A stretch of 54,804 nt of DNA, filler included, from Stramenopiles sp. TOSAG23-2 (Eukaryota): assembly GCA_900128395.1 (NCBI GenBank). It is 3 parts of 3 records of this genome, joined end to end, with 100 filler letters (N's around TTAATTAATTAA, not from the genome) between each part and the next. Parts side by side here need not be neighbours in the genome. Positions count along the whole stretch, not along the records: positions 36,613 to 54,804 come from LT649615.1; 2 more parts are not named here. One strand, given 5' to 3'. Below, one piece after another: positions 42,657 to 54,209 of this stretch. Below the pieces are notes generated by a model. That model was not told the origin of the DNA, searched no databases, and saw only the letters and a list, made by a program, of their open reading frames with translations. Made by a program: the position numbers and the translations under genes. Positions within the stretch are counted from its first letter, which is position 1; every line of letters starts with the position of its first letter.

Positions 42657-44021
42657 ATGGCAAGTTTTTCACGTGCAAGTACTGGTCGTAATAATAATAA
42701 TTTATCACCACGTACAAGAAGAAATCAAGCAAGGGCAAGGCGTACAAATGGAGAAGTACGTCGTGTAGGCCTTGCCATGGGTGCTGATGAAGCTACTGTG
42801 GCGATTGTTGATTCATGGGTGAAAAGCAATCCATATTTGATACATCAAATTGAAGCATCTTTTTTCTTTGGTATGAAGCTTCAATATAATTTTTTAAAAG
42901 GAAATATGAATAAAGATCAAGTTGACACATGTAAAAGTTTATATGGGTTGAGTGGTGATACAGATTCAGATAACGGCGCTGCTAACCGTCAAGCTGCTGA
43001 AGGAATGTTTGATACATTCATGGCTGATAACAATAATCGTAAACATGGAAATGATGGCAGGAATGTTAATAATGTATATAATAATAACAATAATGATATG
43101 ATAAATAATGATGAAGCGATAGCAAAAATGTTAGCTACTAGTGATGGAGCAAATAATAATAATAATAATGATTTTATTGGTATAAATTTAATGTACAATA
43201 ATAATAATAATATGAATATGAATAATAGTAATTACAACAATCAAACACAAGTTGATTTGGATGCAGAACTTGCTAGACAATTACAAAATGGAGATAATGA
43301 TATTGGTAGAAGATATGATGCTGCTAGATTTAGAAATAATAATCGAAATGGAAATAGGGGACGAGGACGTGGAAGAGGACGATCGAATAATCGTAGACGC
43401 GTTCGTGTTAATAGAAATAACAATAATAACAACAACAACAATGGATGGCAAGATGCAGGATTATTTTTTCAAAATGATGGAGTTTCAGATAATCGATTTA
43501 ATACATATGAAGAAATGCTTGCGTTAGATGAAAATAATGTAAAAGTTGGATTAAAAAAAAATGTAAGTAACTCTATATTTTATTATAATATAATATTGAT
43601 TTAAAATATCTCTCGCTAACAAAAAAAGATAATATTATCGATATTATATATATGCATATATATATATATATATATATATTATCCTTGGTGATGCATTATA
43701 TATAATGCATATTGTAAATATTATATTAATTATATACAGGAATTAGCAAGATTGCCTCAGATTGAATTTAAAAAAAAATCATCATCATCTAGTATTGGTA
43801 GTAATGATCCAAATTATATGAATGGTTCAAGTAGTAATTCATCAAATAATAATCAAGTGGAAGATGAACCAACATGTAATGTCTGCTTGGAAGAATTTGA
43901 AAAAGGTGATAAATTAAGAGTCTTGCCATGTTTTCATAAATTTCACGTTCGATGTATTGATAAATGGTTAAAACAAAGTAAATTTTGTCCGACTTGTCGC
44001 CATATTTGTAATGAATTGTGA
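42657..44021 (+). CDS. RING-H2 E3 ubiquitin ligase with MIU-like motifs; exons 42657-43562 and 43740-44021
   Basis: Intron 43563-43739 (GTAAGT...CAG, phase 0) gives [10 protein letters not shown]...GLKKN|ELARLP. RING-H2 CNVCLEEF...[16 protein letters not shown]...[14 protein letters not shown] and DAELARQLQ. Confidence 0.92.
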
Positions 44022-44238
44022 CCATCAAAGAGAGTATGATATATATGATAATGCGACACACACATTATTAATGTGATATATAATTAAACACGCACACATA
44101 TATGATGCGCATCAAAAAAATATTAATTATATTTTATATTTTAATACACTTTTTATAATATACGGATCGTATTTCAATATTAATACATACTTCGGTGTGT
44201 GACAGTTTTAAACAAATAGAGACGACGCACACATATTT

Positions 44239-44842
44239 TTACTCCGTATCAAACGGTACATTATCACGCTGGAAAAAAGTGTACATAATGTTAGAAACGT
44301 GTTTTGGAAATAATCAAAGTAAAAATGGTTTTAGTAAAAATACTTACAAAACATTTATCCATCATTTTATCAACACAATCTTCTCCTTCCTCTTTACAAT
44401 GGCCAGCTGTAGTTGCTCTTTTCGCAGTTTCTACAACACAGGAAAATTTTGGACCAAAATTGAAGTTTAAAAAGTTTGGAAAATTTTCACACTCCGCATG
44501 AGTTGCGGCTCTAATTTCACTACAAGCTAACATATCACAATCAATAAAATTCATATCCCGTTTACAATAATCCACTGCGTGAATCATTTCATGTTTTAAT
44601 GTTTGATTAAATGCTGTTTGTGATCGTAAACGATTTTCACACATTGTCACACTATGATTTGTCCCATCGCTAGAAAAGAAAGCACGTGCTGATTTTTCGA
44701 TACCTTTCAATCCACATTTTTTACATATTAACTTTAACGTTGTTTCACTATCTGCATTTAAAAACTTCAATAATTTCATATTTTTTTCATTTTTCCTTGC
44801 TTTTTCAAGAAAATCTAAACATTTCTCATGGGTAGTTGACAT
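44239..44842 (-). CDS. ATP23: Mitochondrial inner membrane protease ATP23; exons 44842-44348 and 44268-44239
   Basis: HEMIHAVDYC and LACSEIRAA. Intron 44347-44269 (GTAAGT...CTAAC...CAG) gives the family-typical end DKCF|RDNVPFDTE*. Confidence 0.92.
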
Positions 44843-45344
44843 GGTGGTTTTGACTATATGTAACAGGACGAAAAAAATGAATGTAAACGGGGAAAATATC
44901 TATTAAAAAAGGTAAAAATACAAGTTTCCAGACTATAATATATATATGCTTCTATTCTATCTATAGATATACATCAAACATTTTTTATATTATATAAAAC
45001 AAGTATTAATTTAAACAAACTATACCTGAACGAGAAGAAATAATATGATCCTTTTAATGTACTTATTAGACTAATATTTCAATATCCCTATCACAATAGC
45101 AGTTATAGTTACTATTAGGGTCTATACCGGGGGGTTCGTTTTTTTTTTTTGTCTTTTTTTTTTTTTCAAAATTTAACACTACTAACAATGTAATAATGAT
45201 TCAAATTACAAACATTTTTTACTGGCATATATATATAATAAATTAGAAATAGAAATTAGGTACACAAAAGGAAAACATAGATAGATATAGAGATATATAT
45301 ATTTACGTAAGAGTGATAAAAATAATAATAATAATACAGAAAAC

Positions 45345-45782
45345 ATGGCTGATTATCAAATACGACCATCCTTCAATGAAAAATTCCCAGCAAGTGCAGT
45401 GAGGGAAATTATTAAACAAATATTAAAAGATGAATTAACTGGACAACAATATGCTGATGATGCGTAAGTAAAAAATTATTTTTATATTACAAAAACATAT
45501 ATGTACATACATAACTAACATAAATTTATATCTACAATTATCACAAATAGATCGCAACAAACAAAACGTTTAGCAGATGACATTAATGCAAAATTACAAG
45601 GATTAGGTTTACCACGTTATAAATATATGGTTCAAGTCGTTTTAGGTGAAATGAGAGGACAAGGTGTACAAATGGGTCACCGTTGTTTTTGGGATAGTTC
45701 AACAGATAATTTTGTTAGTGAAAAGTTCATGAATGATAGTCTCTTTTGTGTAGCAACAGCATACGGTGTATATTTAAATTAA
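45345..45782 (+). CDS. DYNLT2B: Tctex1-domain dynein light chain (TCTEX1D2/DYNLT2B-like, 116 aa), absent from the ORF track; exons 45345-45463 and 45551-45782
   Basis: MADYQIRPSFNEKF...; intron 45464-45550 (GTAAGT...CTAAC...TAG); LPRYKYMVQVVLGEMRGQGVQMGHRCFWDSSTDN...NDSLFCVATAYGVY. Confidence 0.93.
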
Positions 45783-46063
45783 ATGGTGGTAGAGTACATG
45801 AGGGGTAATATAAATGTATAAAATTTGAAATTTTTATATTCTGATGATGTGTAGCGTACATCTTTTTTACTTTTTTTTTATAATATCAATATTAATAAAT
45901 TTAATAAAAAATGCAAATGGAACATTTAAATATTGGTGTCTACATATTACAGGTGCGCGTAATATATTTTACAGGGGGGGGGAGAGAGATTATCATGTGA
46001 ATGTTAAACAGTGTGTGTATATACACGTATATCTGTAAAATATTTAAAAATATCATTTTACAT

Positions 46064-47995
46064 TCAATTTTCAACAACATTCTCCTCATCTTCTTCTTCA
46101 TCACTAGATTCATCATCATCATCACCACTCTTCTTTCTTCTTCTAACTCTTGTTTTATCATCAGCTTGTTGTTGCTCCAATATTTGATTTCTTGATCTAC
46201 GTTGTGCTTCCATTCTTGTACGTGCTGCTTTACCACGTTGTAATTTCTGAATACGTACTGCAGCTTCTTTTTGTTTCCTTTCCTCAAGCTGTTTACGTTT
46301 TCTTGCAGCTTTTTTCCTACCTGATCTACCACGTGCAGCTGCTTGTATTTTACGCATTGCTGCCTCTTCTGCTGCTTTCTGTTCCATTTCTTCTAATGCT
46401 CTACGTTCAGCTGCTTCTTGTGCCAATTCCGCATTTCTTGCATCTCGTCGACTTTGCTCTGCTACTTCAGATTCCATTGTAAATGTATCATGTTCTTCCT
46501 TCTTTTGGTTATAACGTTTGCGTCCCATTTTACCACGTTGTATCGATTGTATTTTCAATGCAGCGCGATTTTCATCTCTACTTTGCCGCCTTTTTTGAAC
46601 TTCCGCTTTTGCTTTTCGTGAACGTGCTTTGTTTTGTATCGCTAAAGCAGCATTGTTTTCACGTTTTTTTTGTACTTTCATTTTATATTTTTGACGACCT
46701 TTTTTACCACGTTGTACAGATTGTATTTTCAATGCAGCAGCTTGCTCATGTTGCCTTTGTCTAATTTGTCGTTTATGATCAACTTTTTTACGTGCCATCT
46801 TGCCTCTCATTGCATTTTGCATTTTAATTGCTGCTTGTTCTTTCTCTCTTAATTCATCTTGTATTTTTTTTGCTTTCCTATTATATTCTGCACGGCCTTT
46901 ACGGCCACGTGCTATTGCTTGTATTTTCAATGCTGCTAATTCTTTTTCTTTCCTATCTCGTATTTTATGTTCCATATTTGAACGCATTAAATTTTGTATT
47001 TTCAATGCCGCATCATCTTCTACTTGTATATTTCTTAATCGAATGCCATAGACTTTAGCAAATGTACGTCCAAACCATCCACGGACACGTCGTTGTATCG
47101 TAGTTGCCGCTGCCGTGCGTTTACGCAAAACACGTTTTAACACGAATGTTCTTGCTAAAAATCCACGAACTATTAATTGTATTTTAACTGCTGCCCAACG
47201 TTTTTCCTCCTCAATTTTTCGCCGAACCAACGTTCGATATGCTCTACGTCCTAAAAATCCTCTAGCAACACATTGCATTTTCTTTGCAGCGTTTCTTTCA
47301 ACCATCTTTCTCCTCTTGCGTTGTTGCTTTCCTTCTGCTTTTTTAGACACGTGTTTACGCCATGCTGGACGTGATGAATCACCAATCAAATCCATATAAA
47401 AATTTGTTTCAGCAGTTATTCGTGCTAATTGTTCACGTAAGGTTTCTGGATCTAAATCAATTGATATATTTTCTTTATTTTTTGTCTTACTACTATTGCT
47501 ATCTTTTAATTGTTTTACATCGCGTCTTTCTGGGTGTGCAGGCCTGCCTAAAAATCCACGTACCAATGCTTGTATCGTTGTTGCTGCCCATCGTTCTAAT
47601 TCTGCTCTTTCTTGTCTTTCACGTGCTAAACGTTCCATAAATTCTTCACGCTCTTTTAATAATGCTTTGTTACGTTTTGCAGCAGGAATTTGTATAAGAG
47701 GTTCTAACGAACCACCATTAAATTTTGGTAAACTAATTTTGCGTGATAAACGATCTTCTTTCCCTAGTTTTATACGAGTTTGGTAGACAACCGTTGTTGT
47801 TGCTGTTGACATGACATCAGAATGCGTAGTTCTATTAACCCATAAATACCTTGGATATAATAAATCCATCGGTCCAGGTTGTGAAGATATATTCCTATTC
47901 CTATTACTACTACTATTGCTACTAACATTACTTGTTTGTGGATGATTTAATGATGGTGCTGACGATGACATATTTTTTGTAGAGTTGGAATTCAT
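46064..47995 (-). CDS. Multi-IQ-motif calmodulin-binding protein
   Basis: More than 10 IQxxxRG motifs (AATTIQALVRG, AALKIQAIARG, AALKIQSVQRG). Confidence 0.88.
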   Translation of the reverse strand: MNSNSTKNMSSSAPSLNHPQTSNVSSNSSSNRNRNISSQPGPMDLLYPRYLWVNRTTHSDVMSTATTTVVYQTRIKLGKEDRLSRKISLPKFNGGSLEPLIQIPAAKRNKALLKEREEFMERLARERQERAELERWAATTIQALVRGFLGRPAHPERRDVKQLKDSNSSKTKNKENISIDLDPETLREQLARITAETNFYMDLIGDSSRPAWRKHVSKKAEGKQQRKRRKMVERNAAKKMQCVARGFLGRRAYRTLVRRKIEEEKRWAAVKIQLIVRGFLARTFVLKRVLRKRTAAATTIQRRVRGWFGRTFAKVYGIRLRNIQVEDDAALKIQNLMRSNMEHKIRDRKEKELAALKIQAIARGRKGRAEYNRKAKKIQDELREKEQAAIKMQNAMRGKMARKKVDHKRQIRQRQHEQAAALKIQSVQRGKKGRQKYKMKVQKKRENNAALAIQNKARSRKAKAEVQKRRQSRDENRAALKIQSIQRGKMGRKRYNQKKEEHDTFTMESEVAEQSRRDARNAELAQEAAERRALEEMEQKAAEEAAMRKIQAAARGRSGRKKAARKRKQLEERKQKEAAVRIQKLQRGKAARTRMEAQRRSRNQILEQQQADDKTRVRRRKKSGDDDDESSDEEEDEENVVEN

Positions 47996-48612
47996 ACCCC
48001 TACTTTTATTATTATATTATTTTACAATATTTTGTTATTAATTATACTACTATCTTATAAAATGTATTAGATATATGTATATATATATATATATATATGT
48101 ATACACTTATTTTCTATCTTTACGATCTTTCCTACCAAGCCTATCTCTTCTCTTTTTTTAACTTTTATTAAAATAACCAAACGGTAATTTTAATGTGTTG
48201 TAAAGTTGATATCAGCGACCCTCTACCACCACTTCGTACATATATGATATACTAAATACTAAATTATATATATCAAATATATATTCCCCAGAAAGATTAT
48301 GGTGCGCACGTTAACGTTGTAATTATTTCAATATTACATCAGTAAAACACCTTAAAAACCCATCAAAATCAGTGGCGTCAAAATCACCCATGTGCCCATC
48401 ACCAAAGGCACACAGAGCAACACTAATCTAGGTCCTAGACTTTTTAGAGCAACACCAGAACACACACATTCACACGCACGAACGAAAGAAAAAATAATTT
48501 TCAAAATTCAAACAAAATAATTTTATATACAAAAGTATAAAAACATAGGAATAGAAAAAAAAAGGACAACGAAAAGAAAAAATTAAGAAAGATCAACATA
48601 TATAACATCAAC

Positions 48613-51600
48613 ATGGATGATCCTTCATTTTTACCAAAAGAAGATGCCTATGAAGTATTGTATTCGAAAGATAAAAGAAGAAAGAAAAAACGATGGACGG
48701 ATGGAATAGCAAAAGTAAAAATCTCAAAAGAAAATTTAGACAAAAAAACAAAAAAAGTGATAATATACGATGAAAATGGTAAACGACAAATAACGCATTC
48801 ATTTGTAGAATTGAACCCACCAGAATATCGAATTGAAAATGATCTTGAATTTGAAACCGAGAAATATATTATACAAATTTTGAACATTATGCAAAATGAC
48901 AAAACAAATACGTCACAACACCAACAACAACAACAATATGAAAATTATAATAATAATCAAAATGTACAACAAAATCGTTTTCAAAGAAACAAAACTTCCT
49001 CTATCGTCGGGTTAAGAAAAACATCTAATAATTCTTTGTCAATACGTAACAAATCATTAACTAACAAAGTATCAGCAGGACCTTTTAAAAATGCATATAC
49101 ACAACAATATCGTCAACCATCAGTGATAACATCATCGTGGAGATCTGCCGGAATTGTATATACAAGAGATGAAGTCAGACTTATGCTTGAAAAAGCTTAT
49201 TCTAAGAATAATCATGATGATACTGGTTTGATGATGAATATTATTAATAATGATAGTCCGATGATGAAAACAAATATGAATTATAATAATGAAAAAATTA
49301 CTACTACAACGACGCATCTACATGAAAACAACATTAATGATAATGAAAGAAAACGGCTAAACACAAGACGTTCAATAATAGTTCGTTCAAATAATAATGA
49401 TGATAATAACAGTAACAGTAGTAGTAGTAATAGTAATACTAATACAATGTATAATCGAAAAGTTATTTACAATAATATATCGAAAAAAAATATTAACAAT
49501 GATGTAAATAGTTATCGAAATTTTTTATCTAATTTTTCATTTATGAAAGTATTAACCACTGCAAGCAAACGAGCAAATTGGAGAAATGAAAACAAGTCGC
49601 TGGAAACATTGGTAGTATCAAATACGATCAAACAAACACCGACTTCTTTTTCATCGATCGAAGAATATCTTTTTACAATGGAAGAATTAACACATCAGGA
49701 AATTATTATCGGTTTGCAAGATGCATCTAAACATTTTTGGGAAGCAACAAAACGTTTACAAAATATTGGTGATGAGGAGAACCCATTTTGTGAGTGCACA
49801 AAACCGAAAAAGGTCCGCTCTGTAGTAAAAATTGTGAAAAAAGAAGGTAGAAACAAAGGTAAGATGTTTTATACTTGTAGCAAATCGAAAAAGAAAGGTT
49901 GTGGTTTTTTCAAATGGTGCAATTCATCTTCAAGTAACAGCAGCAGCAATACACAGCAGCGTAAGAATAATAGTAACAATTATGGTAAAAAAAACAGCAA
50001 CAACAATAAAAAATTCAATAGCCCATTGCAAAACGAAATGAACGAAATTACACAAATAACACGTTTATTATCAAGTAAATTGAAAGAAGATCCATATAAA
50101 TTGTCAACGACGTTGCGTGCATCTGGAATATCATTTTATGCCAATTGTACATTAGTACGTAGACGACCGTCAGAAAAAATGAAAATAAATAATGAAAATA
50201 TAAAATCATCTTATTATTTTAAATGTTCTAATCCATCATTATGTGAAAATACAAATCGTACAAAGCAAGGAGATTTGTGGATATTAACTCGAAGTATGAA
50301 TTTCAGTTCGTGTTGTATTATGAGAGCAACGTTTCATGGCTTTACAAATCAAAATGTAATGCAATTGGCAGCTTTACCAGAATGCAAACCATTTTATGTT
50401 GGGATGAATGAGGAAGTAACTGTACATGCTGTGCGAGCATTTAACTGTACTAGTGAATTTGAAATGTTGGACAATATTAACAATTTAATGAAAAATCAGA
50501 ATAAAATACCAATATTAAAATCATTGAGTATGGTTGGTGAAAATGATAGTCGTGGTAATACTAGTGAGGATAATTCTGATGAATTTAATTTATCATATAC
50601 GTGCAAAGAATTGAATTTACTTGCAACAGAAATAAAAGATAAGTTTACATTGAATGAAGACCAAAATAAAGTTTTACAAACTATTGTTTCAAAATGGTTT
50701 AAGCCTGTGGATTACGATATGAATAATGTTGAAAATGATTATTCTTCTTTAACATCATCATCATCATGTGATAATATTATTCTAGTGCATGGATGCTTTG
50801 GTACTGGTAAATCCTACATGATGGTTGCGTTGATTCATTTTATTATTAAAGTGATTGAAATGGAAGAAACTATTTCAAAAAAAAATTGCGATATACGTTT
50901 ATTAATAGCATGTAGCACAAACGTTGCGGTAGATCGAGTGTTGAAAACATTACTTGAGACTGGTTATACTGATTTTGATCGCGTCGGTGTAAATCAAAAT
51001 GTTGAGAAATCCTTGAGAAAATATGTTCAAAAAAGTTCAACCTCGCATATTGTAGTTGGAAGTACATTAGCAAGTTGTACATCACAAGCGATGCAAGGGG
51101 AAACGTTTCAAATTGTATTTTTAGATGAGTGCTCGCAGCAAATTGAGCCAAGTTCATTAATGGCGATGGGATTTGGATGTAAACGTGCATTGTTAGTTGG
51201 AGACCCTTTGCAATTACCGCCAGTGTGTAAATATTCAACAATTGTCGATAGCAATCATACCAACAATAACAATAATAATAATGGTAGTGGTGGTTTGAAT
51301 AAAAATTCAAGCTTTAATTATATTGCTGGCATGGATCGTGCCCTATTTTTACGTTTGCAAGAGAGTGCAAAAATGAAAAAAATTATGTTGCGGATCCAAT
51401 ACCGTTTACATCCCGTTTTATCTCAAATTCCAAATGAATTATTTTATGAAAATATGTTGAAAAATGGTGTAACTCATGAAGACAGGAAACCTTTAGTGCC
51501 ATTGAAAGCATTAGTTGCTTATGATTGTCGTAAAGGATATGATCAAAGGGATAGAGTATCGAATTCATATTCTAATGACTATGAGGCAAAGGTTATTGTA

Positions 51601-52431
51601 AAATTATTAAGACATTTGATTAATGATGGCGTATCAGAGGAAGACATCGGTATTATATGTTTATACAAAGCACAAGCGGAAAAAATTAAAGGAATGTTGG
51701 GTCAAAAGGATGGTAATAGTTACGCAAATAATCGCAATAATCGAAATGATTTTATTATAAATTCGACAACAATTGGTAAGAAAAAAATCAGTAAAAAAGA
51801 ACAAGCAAAAGCAGAAAGAAGGATGAAAACGCTGATCAAAGTTAGTACCGTTGATGCATTTCAAGGTGCTGAGAGAGAAATTATTATTTTGAGTACTGTA
51901 CGATCTACTGTACCGAAAACTAAAGATAAGGAATCGTTTATCTCATCAAAAACAAGAATGTGTGTTGCATTATCTCGCGGAAAAAGACATTTATTTGTCG
52001 TTGGTGATCTTCACATGTTGAAACGAACTAATATTTGGACAACGGTCATTCAACGTATTGATCAGCATGGTACGATTTTTTCAACTGAGCAAGTTGATAG
52101 GTTTCTAAATTCACCAATACCTCCTCAAAAAGAAAAAGAAAAAATTGAAGATACTTTGGAAGACACTAATGGCGTGAATAAAAAAAGAAAAAATGGAAGT
52201 AGTATTCATGGTAGTAATGATTCCCGCGAAGAAAGTCGTAAGAAAAAGAAAAAGAAAAGAAAGAAAGTTAATTCATTGATTGATGATGAAGCAGAAGAAG
52301 CAGACAGTGATGAAGAGGAAATTCTTGCTGAAGATGAAATTAATAGTACCTTTATAGTTGATGATGATGATGATGATGACGATAACGACGACGACGACGA
52401 TGAAATAATGAGTATAAAGCAATTGAAATAA
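48613..52431 (+). CDS. ZGRF1: ZGRF1-like 5'-3' helicase (DUF2439-like N-terminus, GRF zinc finger, UPF1-like SF1 helicase)
   Basis: YEVLYSKD...KKKRWTDG; CEC...GRNKGKMFYTC...CGFFKW; HGCFGTGKS, STNVAVD, LDECSQ, VGDPLQLPP, QYR, STVDAFQGAE and RMCVALSRGK. Confidence 0.9.
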   Translation: MDDPSFLPKEDAYEVLYSKDKRRKKKRWTDGIAKVKISKENLDKKTKKVIIYDENGKRQITHSFVELNPPEYRIENDLEFETEKYIIQILNIMQNDKTNTSQHQQQQQYENYNNNQNVQQNRFQRNKTSSIVGLRKTSNNSLSIRNKSLTNKVSAGPFKNAYTQQYRQPSVITSSWRSAGIVYTRDEVRLMLEKAYSKNNHDDTGLMMNIINNDSPMMKTNMNYNNEKITTTTTHLHENNINDNERKRLNTRRSIIVRSNNNDDNNSNSSSSNSNTNTMYNRKVIYNNISKKNINNDVNSYRNFLSNFSFMKVLTTASKRANWRNENKSLETLVVSNTIKQTPTSFSSIEEYLFTMEELTHQEIIIGLQDASKHFWEATKRLQNIGDEENPFCECTKPKKVRSVVKIVKKEGRNKGKMFYTCSKSKKKGCGFFKWCNSSSSNSSSNTQQRKNNSNNYGKKNSNNNKKFNSPLQNEMNEITQITRLLSSKLKEDPYKLSTTLRASGISFYANCTLVRRRPSEKMKINNENIKSSYYFKCSNPSLCENTNRTKQGDLWILTRSMNFSSCCIMRATFHGFTNQNVMQLAALPECKPFYVGMNEEVTVHAVRAFNCTSEFEMLDNINNLMKNQNKIPILKSLSMVGENDSRGNTSEDNSDEFNLSYTCKELNLLATEIKDKFTLNEDQNKVLQTIVSKWFKPVDYDMNNVENDYSSLTSSSSCDNIILVHGCFGTGKSYMMVALIHFIIKVIEMEETISKKNCDIRLLIACSTNVAVDRVLKTLLETGYTDFDRVGVNQNVEKSLRKYVQKSSTSHIVVGSTLASCTSQAMQGETFQIVFLDECSQQIEPSSLMAMGFGCKRALLVGDPLQLPPVCKYSTIVDSNHTNNNNNNNGSGGLNKNSSFNYIAGMDRALFLRLQESAKMKKIMLRIQYRLHPVLSQIPNELFYENMLKNGVTHEDRKPLVPLKALVAYDCRKGYDQRDRVSNSYSNDYEAKVIVKLLRHLINDGVSEEDIGIICLYKAQAEKIKGMLGQKDGNSYANNRNNRNDFIINSTTIGKKKISKKEQAKAERRMKTLIKVSTVDAFQGAEREIIILSTVRSTVPKTKDKESFISSKTRMCVALSRGKRHLFVVGDLHMLKRTNIWTTVIQRIDQHGTIFSTEQVDRFLNSPIPPQKEKEKIEDTLEDTNGVNKKRKNGSSIHGSNDSREESRKKKKKKRKKVNSLIDDEAEEADSDEEEILAEDEINSTFIVDDDDDDDDNDDDDDEIMSIKQLK

Positions 52432-52504
52432 AATCTACTCCTCGTATTTTACACTCACAATGACTGTATTCTCTGGGGATGGTTCTTCGAAATTTCATAT
52501 TTTT

Positions 52505-52963
52505 TTAACTATCACATTCGTTGAATTGTAAACCAATTTCTATTTGTGATGCAAATGGATTTGCAGATATGTTTACTCTAACCATTCCAGCTCTCATACC
52601 GTGTTCTTTCACCATAGGATCTAACTTGGTAGACCTCAAGACCGCTGCCAGTGCCCAACGAACTGCAGTGCTATTTTTGTCTTTGTTTTCACTTTCTGCT
52701 TTCAATCTCTCTAAGTCAATATTTTCACCCCGCGAAATATCTACTCCAACTGCAGGAAAACCAGCAGCATGCAAAATTAAGCTAGCATTATCAACATTTG
52801 AATCTAACGTCTGTAAAACTGCTTGTAAAGCTGCTAAATCTTTTAATATTCCTTGTATTAACTCGTTGGACTTTTCAGATGCTGAATTTGTCATCGAAGC
52901 AGTTTTTTCTTTACCTTTTTTCAACGCATCAGATGCGCGTGCTTTCATTTTTGCAAAGTTCAT
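52505..52963 (-). CDS. Hypothetical protein (152 aa)
   Basis: ORF with protein-like composition and an amphipathic N-terminal helix, convergent on ZGRF1. No family recognised. Confidence 0.7.
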   Translation of the reverse strand: MNFAKMKARASDALKKGKEKTASMTNSASEKSNELIQGILKDLAALQAVLQTLDSNVDNASLILHAAGFPAVGVDISRGENIDLERLKAESENKDKNSTAVRWALAAVLRSTKLDPMVKEHGMRAGMVRVNISANPFASQIEIGLQFNECDS

Positions 52964-53345
52964 CGGAAGAAGAAAAACTGTTAACGTAATTTACATTGAT
53001 CTATAATATTATTGTTATTTTATTTTATTTTAGTGTATGTTATATATTGAATAGCAATATATTTATAATATTATTATTATTTCTGATATATATCATCTCT
53101 ATTATTGACATAGACATGAATATTCATCATGATATCGTATAATTTTATAATGCTGTGCAATGTTATTTTATTAAAAAAATATTATAGGCAAGTATAGATA
53201 TCGTCTATCCAACCCAAAAAAAAAGCAAAAAAGATACAGAAGTATACAGTGTTCATTTAACTTATATAAATGTACATATATCATATTCATTATTACTTAT
53301 TATATACAGGCTATATATATGTATGTATGTATGAATTAGGGATAT

Positions 53346-54209
53346 ATGTTTTTAAGAAGACGACATATCAGATTATTATTGAATCAACAACGACGATATT
53401 TAGTAACAGCTACGAGTAAAAAGAAGATGCCAATTTGCAATAGACCAGATGGTGCAACCATTTATTACGAAAAGAAAGGACATGGATCCATCACTGTATT
53501 ACTTGTTGCACCAGGGGGTATGAATAGCGCGATTCCAAAATGGGAAATGATGTCATACAATCCATGGACACAATTACCAGAGTCCGAATTTACAATCATC
53601 GGTATGGATCAAAGAAATGCGGATAGTAATAGATCTACAGGTCCAGTAGGTGAAGGATGGGATACATATGCTGAAGATATACTTGCTGTACTAGATGAAT
53701 GCAAGGTCGAAAAAGTACTAGCTATGGGTAGCTGCATTGGACCTTCGTATATTTTTAAATGCATGGAATTGGCCCCAGAGCGCTTTTTAGGCGCGGTGTT
53801 AATGCAACCAATTGGCTTTGCGCATGCTACAGTTGAGAATGAAAAGTGGGAAGGGTCCAATGACAGATTTACTGCAGGGTGGTTTAATGGTTGGAGATAT
53901 AATATGATTTCTGAAAAAAGAAGTGACGAAAATGAGATGAATAAATTATGGGGAAATATGTTCAAAGATAAAAAATTTGTATTTAGTGTAAGTCCTGAAT
54001 TTGTTCAAAATTGTCAGGCTCCTTTGCTTGTATTGATGGGTTACGATCATTATCATCCTGCATTGACCTCGCAACAGATAGCATATTTGAGTCCAAATGC
54101 GCAAATTAATATGAATTGGTGGAATCGTAAGAATGTTCCATTCACTAAAAATCAAGTTGAAACCTTTTTCAACAATAATAGTGGGGGAATAACAAGTAGC
54201 AGAATGTAA
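53346..54209 (+). CDS. Alpha/beta hydrolase with a Cys nucleophile elbow, predicted mitochondrial presequence and PTS1-like end
   Basis: IYYE..GHG, LLVAPGG, MDQRNA, MGSCIG, PLLVLMGYDHYHP. N-terminus MFLRRRHIRLLL...RRY; C-terminus SRM*. Confidence 0.88.
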   Translation: MFLRRRHIRLLLNQQRRYLVTATSKKKMPICNRPDGATIYYEKKGHGSITVLLVAPGGMNSAIPKWEMMSYNPWTQLPESEFTIIGMDQRNADSNRSTGPVGEGWDTYAEDILAVLDECKVEKVLAMGSCIGPSYIFKCMELAPERFLGAVLMQPIGFAHATVENEKWEGSNDRFTAGWFNGWRYNMISEKRSDENEMNKLWGNMFKDKKFVFSVSPEFVQNCQAPLLVLMGYDHYHPALTSQQIAYLSPNAQINMNWWNRKNVPFTKNQVETFFNNNSGGITSSRM

